In this document: piece after piece, positions 24,601-36,600 of the stretch
Position numbering within the stretch: position 1 is the first letter of the stretch
How the letters are laid out: the number at the start of each line of letters is the position of its first letter
NCBI GenBank assembly: GCA_021613535.1
Contig: CP075496.1
Span: forward strand, 1,054,001 to 1,118,000
Source: Adineta vaga
Lineage: Eukaryota > Animalia > Rotifera
Direction: 5' to 3'
DNA: 64,000 nucleotides
The notes under the pieces: generated by a model
Database searches by the model: none
The model's input: only the letters and a program-made list of their open reading frames with translations
What the model was told of the DNA's origin: nothing
Position numbers and translations under genes: made by a program

Positions 24601-27600
24601 GGTGCTAATGTTTGTCCTGGTTGTGTCGTTTGACCAGCTACTGTAGTTTGACCTGGTGCTAATGTTTGTCCTGGTTGTGTCGTTTGACCAGCTACTGTAG
24701 TTTGACCTGGTGCTAATGTTTGTCCTGGTTGTGTAGTTTGGCCAGCTACTGTTGTTTCACCTGGTGCTAATGTTTGTCCTGGTTGTGTAGTTTGACCAGC
24801 TACTGTAGTTTGACCTGGTGCTAATGTTTGTCCTGGTTGTGTTGTTTGACCAGCTACTGTTGTTTCACCTGGTGCTAGTGGTTTGACTGTGTTGTTTGAC
24901 CAGCTACTGTTGTTCTACCTGCGCTAATAGTGTTTGGTCCCTGGTTGTGTTAGGTTTGACTAGCTACCTGTTGTTTCACCTGGTGCCAGTGTTTGTCCTG
25001 CTGTGTGGTTAAACCATTCTAGTGTGTACCAGCTACCGCTGTCTCGCACCGGGTGCCACAATGTTTGTCCTGGTTGTGTTGTTTGACCAGCTACCTGATT
25101 GCTTGTTGTTGATCACCTGGTTGTGTTGTTTGGCCTCCATTAGTTGGTTGTGCCATGGACCACAATGTTGTTTCACCTGGTGCGCTCGTTTGGCCTGGTT
25201 GTGTGGTTTGACCGGGTTGTGTTGTTTGACCAGCTACTGTTGTTTCACCTGGTGCTAGTGTTTGGCCTGGTTGTGTGGTTTGACCGGCTTGTGTTGTTTG
25301 ATTATTGGTGCAGGAAAGAAGCACTGATATTAGACGTTGGTTCGAAATTTCAATTGTCAAACTGATGACACCTGGATTGGTAACAATAAATTTGACTACC
25401 AGCTACTGTAGTTTCACCTGGTGCTAATGTTTGTCCTGGTTGTGTGTTTGACCAGCTACTGTAGTTTGACCTGGTGCTAATGTTTGTCCTGGTTGTTGTT
25501 TGACCAGCTACTGTTGTTTCACCTGGTGCTAATGTTTGTCCTGGTTGTGTGTTTGACCAGCTACTGTTGTTTGACCTGGTGCTAATGTTTGTCCTGGTTG
25601 TGTTGTTTGACCAGCTACTGTAGTTTGTCCTGGTGCTAATGTTTGTCCTGGTTGTGTAGTTTGACCAGCTACTGTTGTTTCACCTGGTGCTAATGTTTGT
25701 CCTGGTTGTGTAGTTTGACCAGCTACTGTAGTTTCACCTGGTGCTAATGTTTGTCCTGGTTGTGTCGTTTGACCAGCTACTGTAGTTTGACCTGGTGCTA
25801 ATGTTTGTCCTGGTTGTGTAGTTTGGCCAGCTACTGTTGTTTCACCTGGTGCTAATGTTTGTCCTGGTTGTGTCGTTTGACCAGCTACTGTAGTTTGACC
25901 TGGTGCTAATGTTTGTCCTGGTTGTGTAGTTTGGCCAGCTACTGTAGTTTCACCTGGTGCTAATGTTTGTCCTGGTTGTGTAGTTTGGCCAGCTACTGTT
26001 GTTTCACCTGGTGCTAATGTTTGTCCTGGTTGTGTAGTTTGACCAGCTACTGTTGTTTCACCTGGTGCTAATGTTTGTCCTGGTTGTGTTGTTTGACCAG
26101 CTACTGTTGTTTCACCTGGTGCTAATGTTTGTCCTGGTTGTGTAGTTTGACCAGCTACTGTAGTTTGACCTGGTGCTAATGTTTGTCCTGGTTGTGTAGT
26201 TTGGCCAGCTACTGTTGTTTCACCTGGTGCTAATGTTTGTCCTGGTTGTGTCGTTTGACCAGCTACTGTAGTTTGACCTGGTGCTAATGTTTGTCCTGGT
26301 TGTGTAGTTTGGCCAGCTACTGTAGTTTCACCTGGTGCTAATGTTTGTCCTGGTTGTGTAGTTTGGCCAGCTACTGTTGTTTCACCTGGTGCTAATGTTT
26401 GTCCTGGTTGTGTAGTTTGACCAGCTACTGTAGTTTGACCTGGTGCTAATGTTTGTCCTGGTTGTGTTGTTTGACCAGCTACTGTTGTTTCACCTGGTGC
26501 TAATGTTTGTCCTGGTTGTGTTGTTTGACCAGCTACTGTTGTTTCACCTGGTGCTAGTGTTTGGCCTGGTTGTGTGGTTTGACCAGCTACTGTTGTTTGA
26601 CCTGGTGCTAATGTTTGTCCTGGTTGTGTTGTTTGACCAGCTACTGTTGTTTCACCTGGTGCTAATGTTTGTCCTGGTTGTGTGGTTTGAGCTACCGTTG
26701 TCTCACCAGAATTGCTATATTGTTGGTTGACCAGTACTGTTGTTGTCCTGGTGCTACAGTTTGGTTGTTGTTGTTTGATAACAGTTTGTAGGTTTGACCT
26801 GGTGTTTGCTGTTGTTTGTTGTGGTTGACCAACTACCGTTGTTTGGTGCTCTTGTTTGTTGTCCTTGTGTGGTTTGACCAGTTACCGTTGTCTCACCGGG
26901 TGCTAATGTTTGTCCACCTGTGTTGTTTGATAGTGGCCAGCTGTTGTTTCACCTGGTGCTAATGTTTGTCCTGGTTGTGTAGTTTGACCAGCTACTGTAG
27001 TTTGACCTGGTGCTAATGTTTGTCCTGGTTGTGTAGTTTGACCAGCTACTGTTGTTTCACCTGGTGCTAATGTTTGTCCTGGTTGTGTAGTTTGACCAGC
27101 TACTGTTGTTTGACCTGGTGCTAATGTTTGTCCTGGTTGTGTAGTTTGGCCTGCTACTGTAGTTTGTCCTGGTGCTAATGTTTGTCCTGGTTGTGTAGTT
27201 TGACCAGCTACTGTTGTTTCACCTGGTGCTAATGTTTGTCCTGGTTGTGTTGTTTGACCAGCTACTGTAGTTTGACCTGGTGCTAATGTTTGTCCTGGTT
27301 GTGTTGTTTGACCAGCTACTGTTGTTTGACCTGGTGCTGTTGTTTGGCCTGGTTGTGTGGTTTGACCTGGTTGTGTTGTTTGACCAGCTACTGTTGTTTC
27401 ACCTGGTGCTAATGTTTGTCCTGGTTGTGTTGTTTGACCAGCTACTGTTGTTTGACCTGGTGCTAATGTTTGTCCTGGTTGTGTTGTTTGACCAGCTACT
27501 GTTGTTTGACCTGGTTGTGTTGTTTGACCAGCTACTGTTGTTTCACCTGGTGCTAATGTTTGACCTGGTTGTGTTGTTTGACCAACTACTGTAGTTTGAC

Positions 27601-30600
27601 CTGGTGCTAATGTTTGTCCTGGTTGTGTTGTTTGACCAACTACTGTTGTTTCACCTGGTTGTGTGGTTTGACCAGCTACCGTTGTCTTCTGGTACCTGGT
27701 TGTGTGTGATTTTGACCTGGTGTTGTTTGACCTGGTTGTGTTGTTTGACGTTGTTTCCTGGCTGGTGCTATCATGTTTGACCTGGTTGTGTTTGCAACTG
27801 TTGTTAGTGTTGTGACCTTCACCTGGTGTGGTTAGTGTTTGACTCAACTGACTTGTGTTGTGGTTGACCATCACTGTGACCTGGTTGTAGATGGTTGTGT
27901 CACTGGTGGTGCAATGTTTGTTGTTTCACCTGGTGCTAGTGTTTGTCCTGGTTGTGACCTGATGTTTGTGTCCTGGTGTGTTGTTCCGGTGAAAATTGTT
28001 TGTGGTGGGTGTTGTGTTGTTGACCAGCTACTGTAGTTTGACCTGGTGCTAATGTTTGTCCTGGTTGTGTCGTTTGACCAGCTACTGTTGTTTCACCTGG
28101 TGCTAATGTTTGTCCTGGTTGTGTAGTTTGACCAGCTACTGTAGTTTGACCTGGTGCTAATGTTTGTCCTGGTTGTGTAGTTTGGCCAGCTACTGTAGTT
28201 TCACCTGGTGCTAATGTTTGTCCTGGTTGTGTAGTTTGGCCAGCTACTGTTGTTTCACCTGGTGCTAATGTTTGTCCTGGTTGTGTAGTTTGACCAGCTA
28301 CTGTAGTTTGACCTGGTGCTAATGTTTGTCCTGGTTGTGTAGTTTGACCAGCTACTGTTGTTTCACCTGGTGCTAATGTTTGTCCTGGTTGTGTAGTTTG
28401 ACCAGCTACTGTAGTTTGACCTGGTGCTAATGTTTGTCCTGGTTGTGTAGTTTGGCCAGCTACTGTTGTTTCACCTGGTGCTAATGTTTGTCCTGGTTGT
28501 GTAGTTTGGCCAGCTACTGTTGTTTCACCTGGTGCTAATGTTTGTCCTGGTTGTGTAGTTTGGCCAGCTACTGTTGTTTCACCTGGTGCTAATGTTTGTC
28601 CTGGTTGTGTAGTTTGACCAGCTACTGTAGTTTGACCTGGTGCTAATGTTTGTTCTGGTTGTGTAGTTTGACCTGCTACTGTAGTTTGTCCTGGTGCTAA
28701 TGTTTGTCCTGGTTGTGTAGTTTGACCAGCTACTGTAGTTTGACCTGGTTGTGTTGTTTGGCCTGCTACTGTAGTTTGACCTGGTTGTGTTGTTTGGCCT
28801 GCTACTGTTGTTTGTCCTGGTGCTAATGTTTGTCCTGGTTGTGTAGTTTGACCAGCTACTGTAGTTTGACCTGGTTGTGTTGTTTGGCCTGCTACTGTAG
28901 TTTGACCTGGTTGTGTTGTTTGGCCTGCTACTGTAGTTTGACCTGGTTGTGTTGTTTGGCCTGCTACTGTTGTTTGACCTGGTGCTAATGTTTGTCCTGG
29001 TTGTGTTGTTTGACCAGCTACTGTAGTTTGACCTGGTTGTGTTGTTTGACCTGCTACTGTTGTTTGTCCTGGTGCTAATGTTTGTCCTGGTTGTGTAGTT
29101 TGACCAGCTACTGTAGTTTGACCTGGTTGTGTTGTTTGGCCTAGTTGTGTAGTTTGACCAGCTACTGTTGTTTCACCTGGTGCTAATGTTTGTCCTGGTT
29201 GTGTAGTTTGACCAGCTACTGTAGTTTCACCTGGTGCTAATGTTTGTCCTGGTTGTGTAGTTTGACCAGCTACTGTAGTTTCACCTGGTGCTAATGTTTG
29301 TCCTGGTTGTGTAGTTTCACCTGGTGCTAATGTTTGTCCTGGTTGTGTCGTTTGATCAGCTACTGTTGTTTGACCTGGTTGTGTTGTTTGACCAGCTACT
29401 GTTGTCGTCTCTGAAAAATATAATCGTCAGAATTGAAAATATTGTTCATGCTGATTTTCGAACTAGTGTACATACCTTTTGTTGATTCAACACAGGCTTT
29501 GATATCTAACACAATGCCTTTTGGTGATATACTATCAGTTGTTTGAAGAACAGTGATTGCAATACGTGCAACTAGTTGATTAGCTGGTGTTTTGCTAGAA
29601 TCAACTGTGGCCGGTTGAGTCTTGTCATTAGTTGGACTCAACGTTGACAGGATTGGTGCATTATTGATCTGGTTGCCATCAGGTCCGTAGAATGTGACAC
29701 TGAATTGTGCAATATTAGCATTGGCAATTGTGTCACGTGGGATGGTGACAGATGTAATCTCGGCTAGTTTCAAAACTGTGACAATGATGTCAGGATTGAG
29801 AAATGGTGCAGGGAAAGAAACACCAATCGTAGACGTTGGTTGAAATTTCAATTTATCAGCTTGTGAGATGACACCTGGATTGGTAACAATGCGTTGACTG
29901 ACAAGTGCATCTACAACTTGCACAACTTCTTCGCATCTTTTGGGTGTTGTTTGACCAGCTACTGTAGTTTGACCTGGTGCTAATGTTTGTCCTGGTTGTG
30001 TCGTTTGACCAGCTACTGTTGTTTCACCTGGTGCTAATGTTTGTCCTGGTTGTGTAGTTTGACCAGCTACTGTAGTTTGACCTGGTGCTAATGTTTGTCC
30101 TGGTTGTGTAGTTTGGCCAGCTACTGTAGTTTGACCTGGTGCTAATGTTTGTCCTGGTTGTGTAGTTTGGCCAGCTACTGTTGTTTCACCTGGTGCTAAT
30201 GTTTGTCCTGGTTGTGTAGTTTGACCAGCTACTGTAGTTTGACCTGGTGCTAATGTTTGTTCTGGTTGTGTAGTTTGACCAGCTACTGTTGTTTCACCTG
30301 GTGCTAATGTTTGTCCTGGTTGTGTAGTTTGGCCTGCTACTGTAGTTTGACCTGGTGCTAATGTTTGTTCTGGTTGTGTAGTTTGACCTGCTACTGTTGT
30401 TTCACCTGGTGCTAATGTTTGTCCTGGTTGTGTAGTTTGACCAGCTACTGTAGTTTGACCTGGTGCTAATGTTTGTCCTGGTTGTGTAGTTTGGCCAGCT
30501 ACTGTTGTTTCACCTGGTGCTAATGTTTGTCCTGGTTGTGTAGTTTGGCCAGCTACTGTTGTTTCACCTGGTGCTAATGTTTGTCCTGGTTGTGTAGTTT

Positions 30601-33600
30601 GGCCAGCTACTGTTGTTTCACCTGGTGCTAATGTTTGTCCTGGTTGTGTAGTTTGACCAGCTACTGTAGTTTGACCTGGTGCTAATGTTTGTTCTGGTTG
30701 TGTAGTTTGACCTGCTACTGTAGTTTGTCCTGGTGCTAATGTTTGTCCTGGTTGTGTAGTTTGACCAGCTACTGTAGTTTGACCTGGTTGTGTTGTTTGG
30801 CCTGCTACTGTAGTTTGACCTGGTTGTGTTGTTTGGCCTGCTACTGTTGTTTGTCCTGGTGCTAATGTTTGTCCTGGTTGTGTAGTTTGACCAGCTACTG
30901 TAGTTTGACCTGGTTGTGTTGTTTGGCCTGCTACTGTAGTTTGACCTGGTTGTGTTGTTTGGCCTGCTACTGTAGTTTCTAAAGAAGTTAATGCGCATGT
31001 TTAAGATAAAATGTAAATAGGTTGAATATGTGAGAAGTGGTACATACCGGTGGATTGCTCAACGCAAGCTTTGATATCCAAAACTACACCTTTCGGTGAT
31101 TCACCATCGGTTGTTCGAATAACAGTGATGTTAACTCGCGTAATGTCACTTGTCGATGGTATCTTGCTCGACTCTACTGTTGCTGGTTTGCTCTTGTCGT
31201 CTTTTGGACTAGCAGTGGACTCGATCGGTTTCTCATTGATCTTCTTTCCGTCGGGAGAATAAAATGTCACTTCAAATTGTTCCACATTAGCGTTTGTTGT
31301 TTTGTCGCGTGGAAGAGTGACCGATTGCACATCAGCTGGTTTCTCGAATGTCACAATGATTGTTGGATTCTTTTGAGTTGGAGGGAAAGAGACACCATTT
31401 GGTGATGTTGGTTGAAAGTCAACATTCGTGCCTTTTGGAAGTTCACCGGATGGGACTGTGATCTTCTTGCTCACTGCTTCATCAACAGCTTGCATTTCTT
31501 GACATTGTTTAGTCGTTGTTCCAGCGTTTGATGTTGTACTTGAACCGAAGAGAGTTGATAACAAGGTGGCCGGCGACGTAGTACCTGCTCCAGCACTTAC
31601 TGTTGATTGAGATCCAGTTGTAGCGGTGCCTTGGACAGCTACTGTAGTTTGACCTGGTTGTGTTGTTTGGCCTGGTTGTGTTGTTTGACCTGGTTGTGTT
31701 GTTTGACCTGGTTGTGTTGTTTGGCCTGCTACTGTAGTTTGACCTGTTTGTGTTGTTTGGCCTGGTTGTGTTGTTTGGCCTGCTACTGTAGTTTGACCTT
31801 GTTGTGTTGTTTGGCCTGCTACTGTAGTTTGACCTGTTTGTGTTGTTTGGCCTGGTTGTGTTGTTTGGCCTGCTACTGTAGTTTGACCTTGTTGTGTTGT
31901 TTGGCCTGCTACTGTAGTTTGACCTGGTTGTGTTGTTTGGCCTGGTTGTGTTGTTTGGCCTGGTTGTGTTGTTTGGCCTGGTTGTGTCGTTTGGCCTGTT
32001 ACTGTAGTTTGACCTGCTACTGTAGTCTGTCCTGGTGCTAATGTTTGACCTGGTTGTGTTGTTTGGCCTGGTTGTGTTGTTTGGCCTGCTACTGTAGTTT
32101 GTCCTGGCGCTAATGTTTGACCTGGTTGTGTTGTTTGGCCTGCTACTGTAGTTTGTCCTGGTGCTAATGTTTGGCCTGGTTGGGTTGTTTGGCCTGGTTG
32201 TGTTGTTTGGCCTGCTACTGTAGTTTGTCCTGGTGCTAATGTTTGACCTGGTTGTGTTGTTTGGCCTGCTACTGTAGTTTGTCCTGGTGCTAATGTTTGA
32301 CCAGGTTGTGTTGTTTGGCCTGCTACTGTAGTTTGTCCTGGTGCTAATGTTTGACCTGGTTGTGTTGTTTGGCCTGGTTGTGTTGTTTGGCCTGGTTGTG
32401 TTGTTTGGCCTGCTACTGTAGTTTGTCCTGGTGCTAATGTTTGACCTGGTTGTGTTGTTTGGCCTGCTACTGTAGTTTGTCCTGGTGCTAATGTTTGACC
32501 TGGTTGTGTTGTTTGGCCTGCTACTGTAGTTTGTCCTGGTGCTAATGTTTGACCTGGTTGTGTTGTTTGGCCTGCTACTGTAGTTTGTCCTGGTGCTAAT
32601 GTTTGACCAGGTTGTGTTGTTTGGCCTGCTACTGTAGTTTGTCCTGGTGCTAATGTTTGGCCTGGTTGGGTTGTTTGGCCTGCTACTGTAGTCTGTCCTG
32701 GTGCTAATGTTTGACCTGGTTGTGTTGTTTGGCCTGGTTGTGTTGTTTGGCCTGCTACTGTAGTTTGTCCTGGCGCTAATGTTTGACCTGGTTGTGTTGT
32801 TTGGCCTGCTACTGTAGTTTGTCCTGGTGCTAATGTTTGACCTGGTTGTGTTGTTTGGCCTGCTACTGTAGTTTGTCCTGGTGCTAATGTTTGACCTGGT
32901 TGTGTTGTTTGGCCTGCTACTGTAGTTTGTCCTGGTGCTAATGTTTGACCTGGTTGTGTTGTTTGGCCTGCTACTGTAGTTTGTCCTGGTGCTAATGTTT
33001 GACCTGGTTGTGTTGTTTGGCCTGCTACTGTAGTTTGTCCTGGTGCTAATGTTTGACCTGGTTGTGTTGTTTGGCCTGCTACTGTAGTTTGTCCTGGTGC
33101 TAATGTCTCGCCTGGTTGGGTTGTTTGGCCTGCTACTGTAGTCTGTCCTGGTGCTAATGTTTGACCTGGTTGTGTTGTTTGGCCTGGTTGTGTTGTTTGG
33201 CCTGCTACTGTAGTTTGTCCTGGCGCTAATGTTTGACCTGGTTGTGTTGTTTGGCCTGCTACTGTAGTTTGTCCTGGTGCTAATGTCTCGCCTGGTTGGG
33301 TTGTTTGGCCTGCTACTGTAGTCTGTCCTGGTGCTAATGTTTGACCTGGTTGTGTTGTTTGGCCTGCTACTGTAGTATGTCCTGGTGCTAATGTCTCGCC
33401 TGGTTGGGTTGTTTGGCCTGCTACTGTAGTCTGTCCTGGTGCTAATGTTTGACCTGGTTGTGTTGTTTGGCCTGCTACTGTAGTTTGTCCTGGTGCTAAT
33501 GTTTCGCCTGGTTGGGTTGTTTGGCCTGCTACTGTAGTCTGTCCTGGTGCTAATGTTTGACCTGGTTGTGTTGTTTGGCCTGCTACTGTAGTTTGACCTG

Positions 33601-36600
33601 GTTGTGTTGTTTGGGCTGCTACTGTAGTTTGACCTGGTTGTGTTGTTTGGCCTGCTACTGTAGTTTGTCCTGGTTGTGTTGTTTGGCCTGCTACTGTAGT
33701 TTGTCCTGGTGCTAATGTCTCGCCTGGTTGGGTTGTTTGGCCTGCTACTGTAGTCTGTCCTGGTGCTAATGTTTGACCTGGTTGTGTTGTTTGGCCTGCT
33801 ACTGTAGTTTGTCCTGGTGCTAATGTTTCGCCTGGTTGGGTTGTTTGGCCTGCTACTGTAGTCTGTCCTGGTGCTAATGTTTGACCTGGTTGTGTTGTTT
33901 GGCCTGCTACTGTAGTTTGTCCTGGTTGTGTTGTTTGGCCTGCTACTGTAGTTTGTCCTGGTGCTAATGTTTGACCTGGTTGTGTTGTTTGGCCTGCTAC
34001 TGTAGTTTCTAAAGAAGTTAATGCGCATGTTTAAGATAAAATGTGAATAGGTTAAATATGTGAGAAGTGGTACATACCGGTGGATTGCTCAACGCAAGCT
34101 TTGATATCTAAAACTACACCTTTCGGCGATTCACCATCGGTTGTTCGAATAACAGTGATGTTAACTCGCGTAATGTCACTTGTCGATGGTATCTTGCTCG
34201 ACTCTACTGTTGCTGGTTTGCTCTTGTCGTCTTTTGGACTAGCAGTGGACTCGATCGGTTTCTCATTGATCTTCTTTCCGTCGGGAGAATAAAATGTCAC
34301 TTCAAATTGTTCCACATTAGCGTTTGTTGTTTTGTCGCGTGGAAGAGTGACCGATTGCACATCAGCTGGTTTCTCGAATGTCACAATGATTGTTGGATTC
34401 TTTTGAGTTGGAGGGAAAGAGACACCATTTGGTGATGTTGGTTGAAAGTCAACATTCGTGCCTTTTGGAAGTTCACCGGATGGGACTGTGATCTTCTTGC
34501 TCACTGCTTCATCAACAGCTTGCATTTCTTGACATTGTTTAGTCGTTGTTCCAGCGTTTGATGTTGTACTTGAACCGAAGATAGTTGATAACAGAATGGT
34601 GGGCGAGGTAGTTCCTGTTCCAGCACTTACTGACGATTGCGATCCAGTTGTAGCGTGCTTTGGCCTACTACTGTAGTTTGTCCTGGTGCTAACGTTTGGC
34701 CTGGTTGTGTAGTTTGGCCTGCTACTGTTGTTTGACCTGGTTGTGTAGTTTGGCCTGCTACTGTAGTTTGACCTGGTTGTGTTGTTTGGCCTGCTACTGT
34801 AGTTTGACCTGGTTGTGTTGTTTGGCTTGCTACTATTGTAGTGCCTGAAAAAATGTAAATATTACAATTGAGTATACTAGAAACGTCACTGCTTCTTTGA
34901 GTCGTGTGCTTACCTCCAATTGCTTCATTACAAGCTTTGATGTCTAACACAATTCCCTTTGGTGGTAGACCATCAGTTGTTCGAAGAATACTGATAGAAA
35001 TCCTTGCTACTTGTTGATTAGCTGGTGTTTTGCTAGAATCAACTGTGGCCGGTTGTGTCTTGTCATTAGCTGGACTCAACGTTGATAGAATTGGTTCATT
35101 GTTGATCTTGTTGGCATCGGCTCCGTAGAATGTAACGCTGAATTGAGCTACATTTGCATTGGTAATTGTGTCACGTGGAATGGTGACTGACTGTATCTCG
35201 GCTAGTTTCAAAACTGTAACACTGATGTCAGGATTGAGAAATGGTGCGGGGAAAGAAACACCAATCGTCGAAGTCGGTTGGAATTTCAGTTTATCATTTT
35301 GACTTATGATACCGGGATTAGTAACAATGCGTTGGCTGACAGGTGCATCCACTACTTGCACAACTTCTTCACATCTTTTGGGTGTTGTTGGGATTATTAC
35401 AGTTGATGATGTCGTTTGACCGGCTACTGTAGTTTGACCTGGTTGTGTTGTTTGGCCTGCTACTGTAGTTTGACCTGGTTGTGTTGTTTGGCCTGCTACT
35501 GTAGTTTGACCTGGTTGTGTTGTTTGGCCTGCTACTGTAGTTTGACCTGGTTGTGTTGTTTGGCCTGCTACTGTAGTTTGACCTGGTTGTGTTGTTTGGC
35601 CTGCTACTGTAGTTTGACCTGGTTGTGTTGTTTGGCCTGCTACTGTAGTTTGACCTGGTTGTGTTGTTTGGCCTGCTACTGTAGTTTGACCTGGTTGTGT
35701 TGTTTGGCCTGCTACTGTAGTTTGACCTGGTTGTGTTGTTTGGCCTGCTACTGTAGTTTGACCTGGTTGTGTTGTTTGGCTTGCTACTATTGTAGTGCCT
35801 GAAAAAATGTAAATATTACAATTGAGTATACTAGAAACGTCACTGCTTCTTTGAGTCGTGTGCTTACCTCCAATTGCTTCATTACAAGCTTTGATGTCTA
35901 ACACAATTCCCTTTGGTGGTAGACCATCAGTTGTTCGAAGAATACTGATAGAAATCCTTGCTACTTGTTGATTAGCTGGTGTTTTGCTAGAATCAACTGT
36001 GGCCGGTTGTGTCTTGTCATTAGCTGGACTCAACGTTGATAGAATTGGTTCATTGTTGATCTTGTTGGCATCGGCTCCGTAGAATGTAACGCTGAATTGA
36101 GCTACATTTGCATTGGTAATTGTGTCACGTGGAATGGTGACTGACTGTATCTCGGCTAGTTTCAAAACTGTAACACTGATGTCAGGATTGAGAAATGGTG
36201 CGGGGAAAGAAACACCAATCGTCGAAGTCGGTTGGAATTTCAGTTTATCATTTTGACTTATGATACCGGGATTAGTAACAATGCGTTGGCTGACAGGTGC
36301 ATCCACTACTTGCACAACTTCTTCACATCTTTTGGGTGTTGTTGGGATTATTACAGTTGATGATGTCGTTTGACCGGCTACTGTAGTTTGACCTGGTTGT
36401 GTTGTTTGGCCTGCTACTGTAGTTTGACCTGGTTGTGTTGTTTGGCCTGCTACTGTAGTTTGACCTGGTTGTGTTGTTTGGCCTGCTACTGTAGTTTGAC
36501 CTGGTTGTGTTGTTTGGATTATTACAGTTGATGATGTCGTTTGACCGGCTACTGTAGTTTGTCCTGGTTGTGTTGTTTGGCCTGCTACTGTAGTTTGACC

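Noticed and set aside
31509-34028. 839-aa (NYSSRPNNTTRS)n ORF and similar ORFs at 30618, 39698 and 42764
   Set aside because: Shadow frame of the QTTQPG repeat. It starts at an ATG inside an intron, and the spliced frame flanked by modules is the Thr/Gln one.
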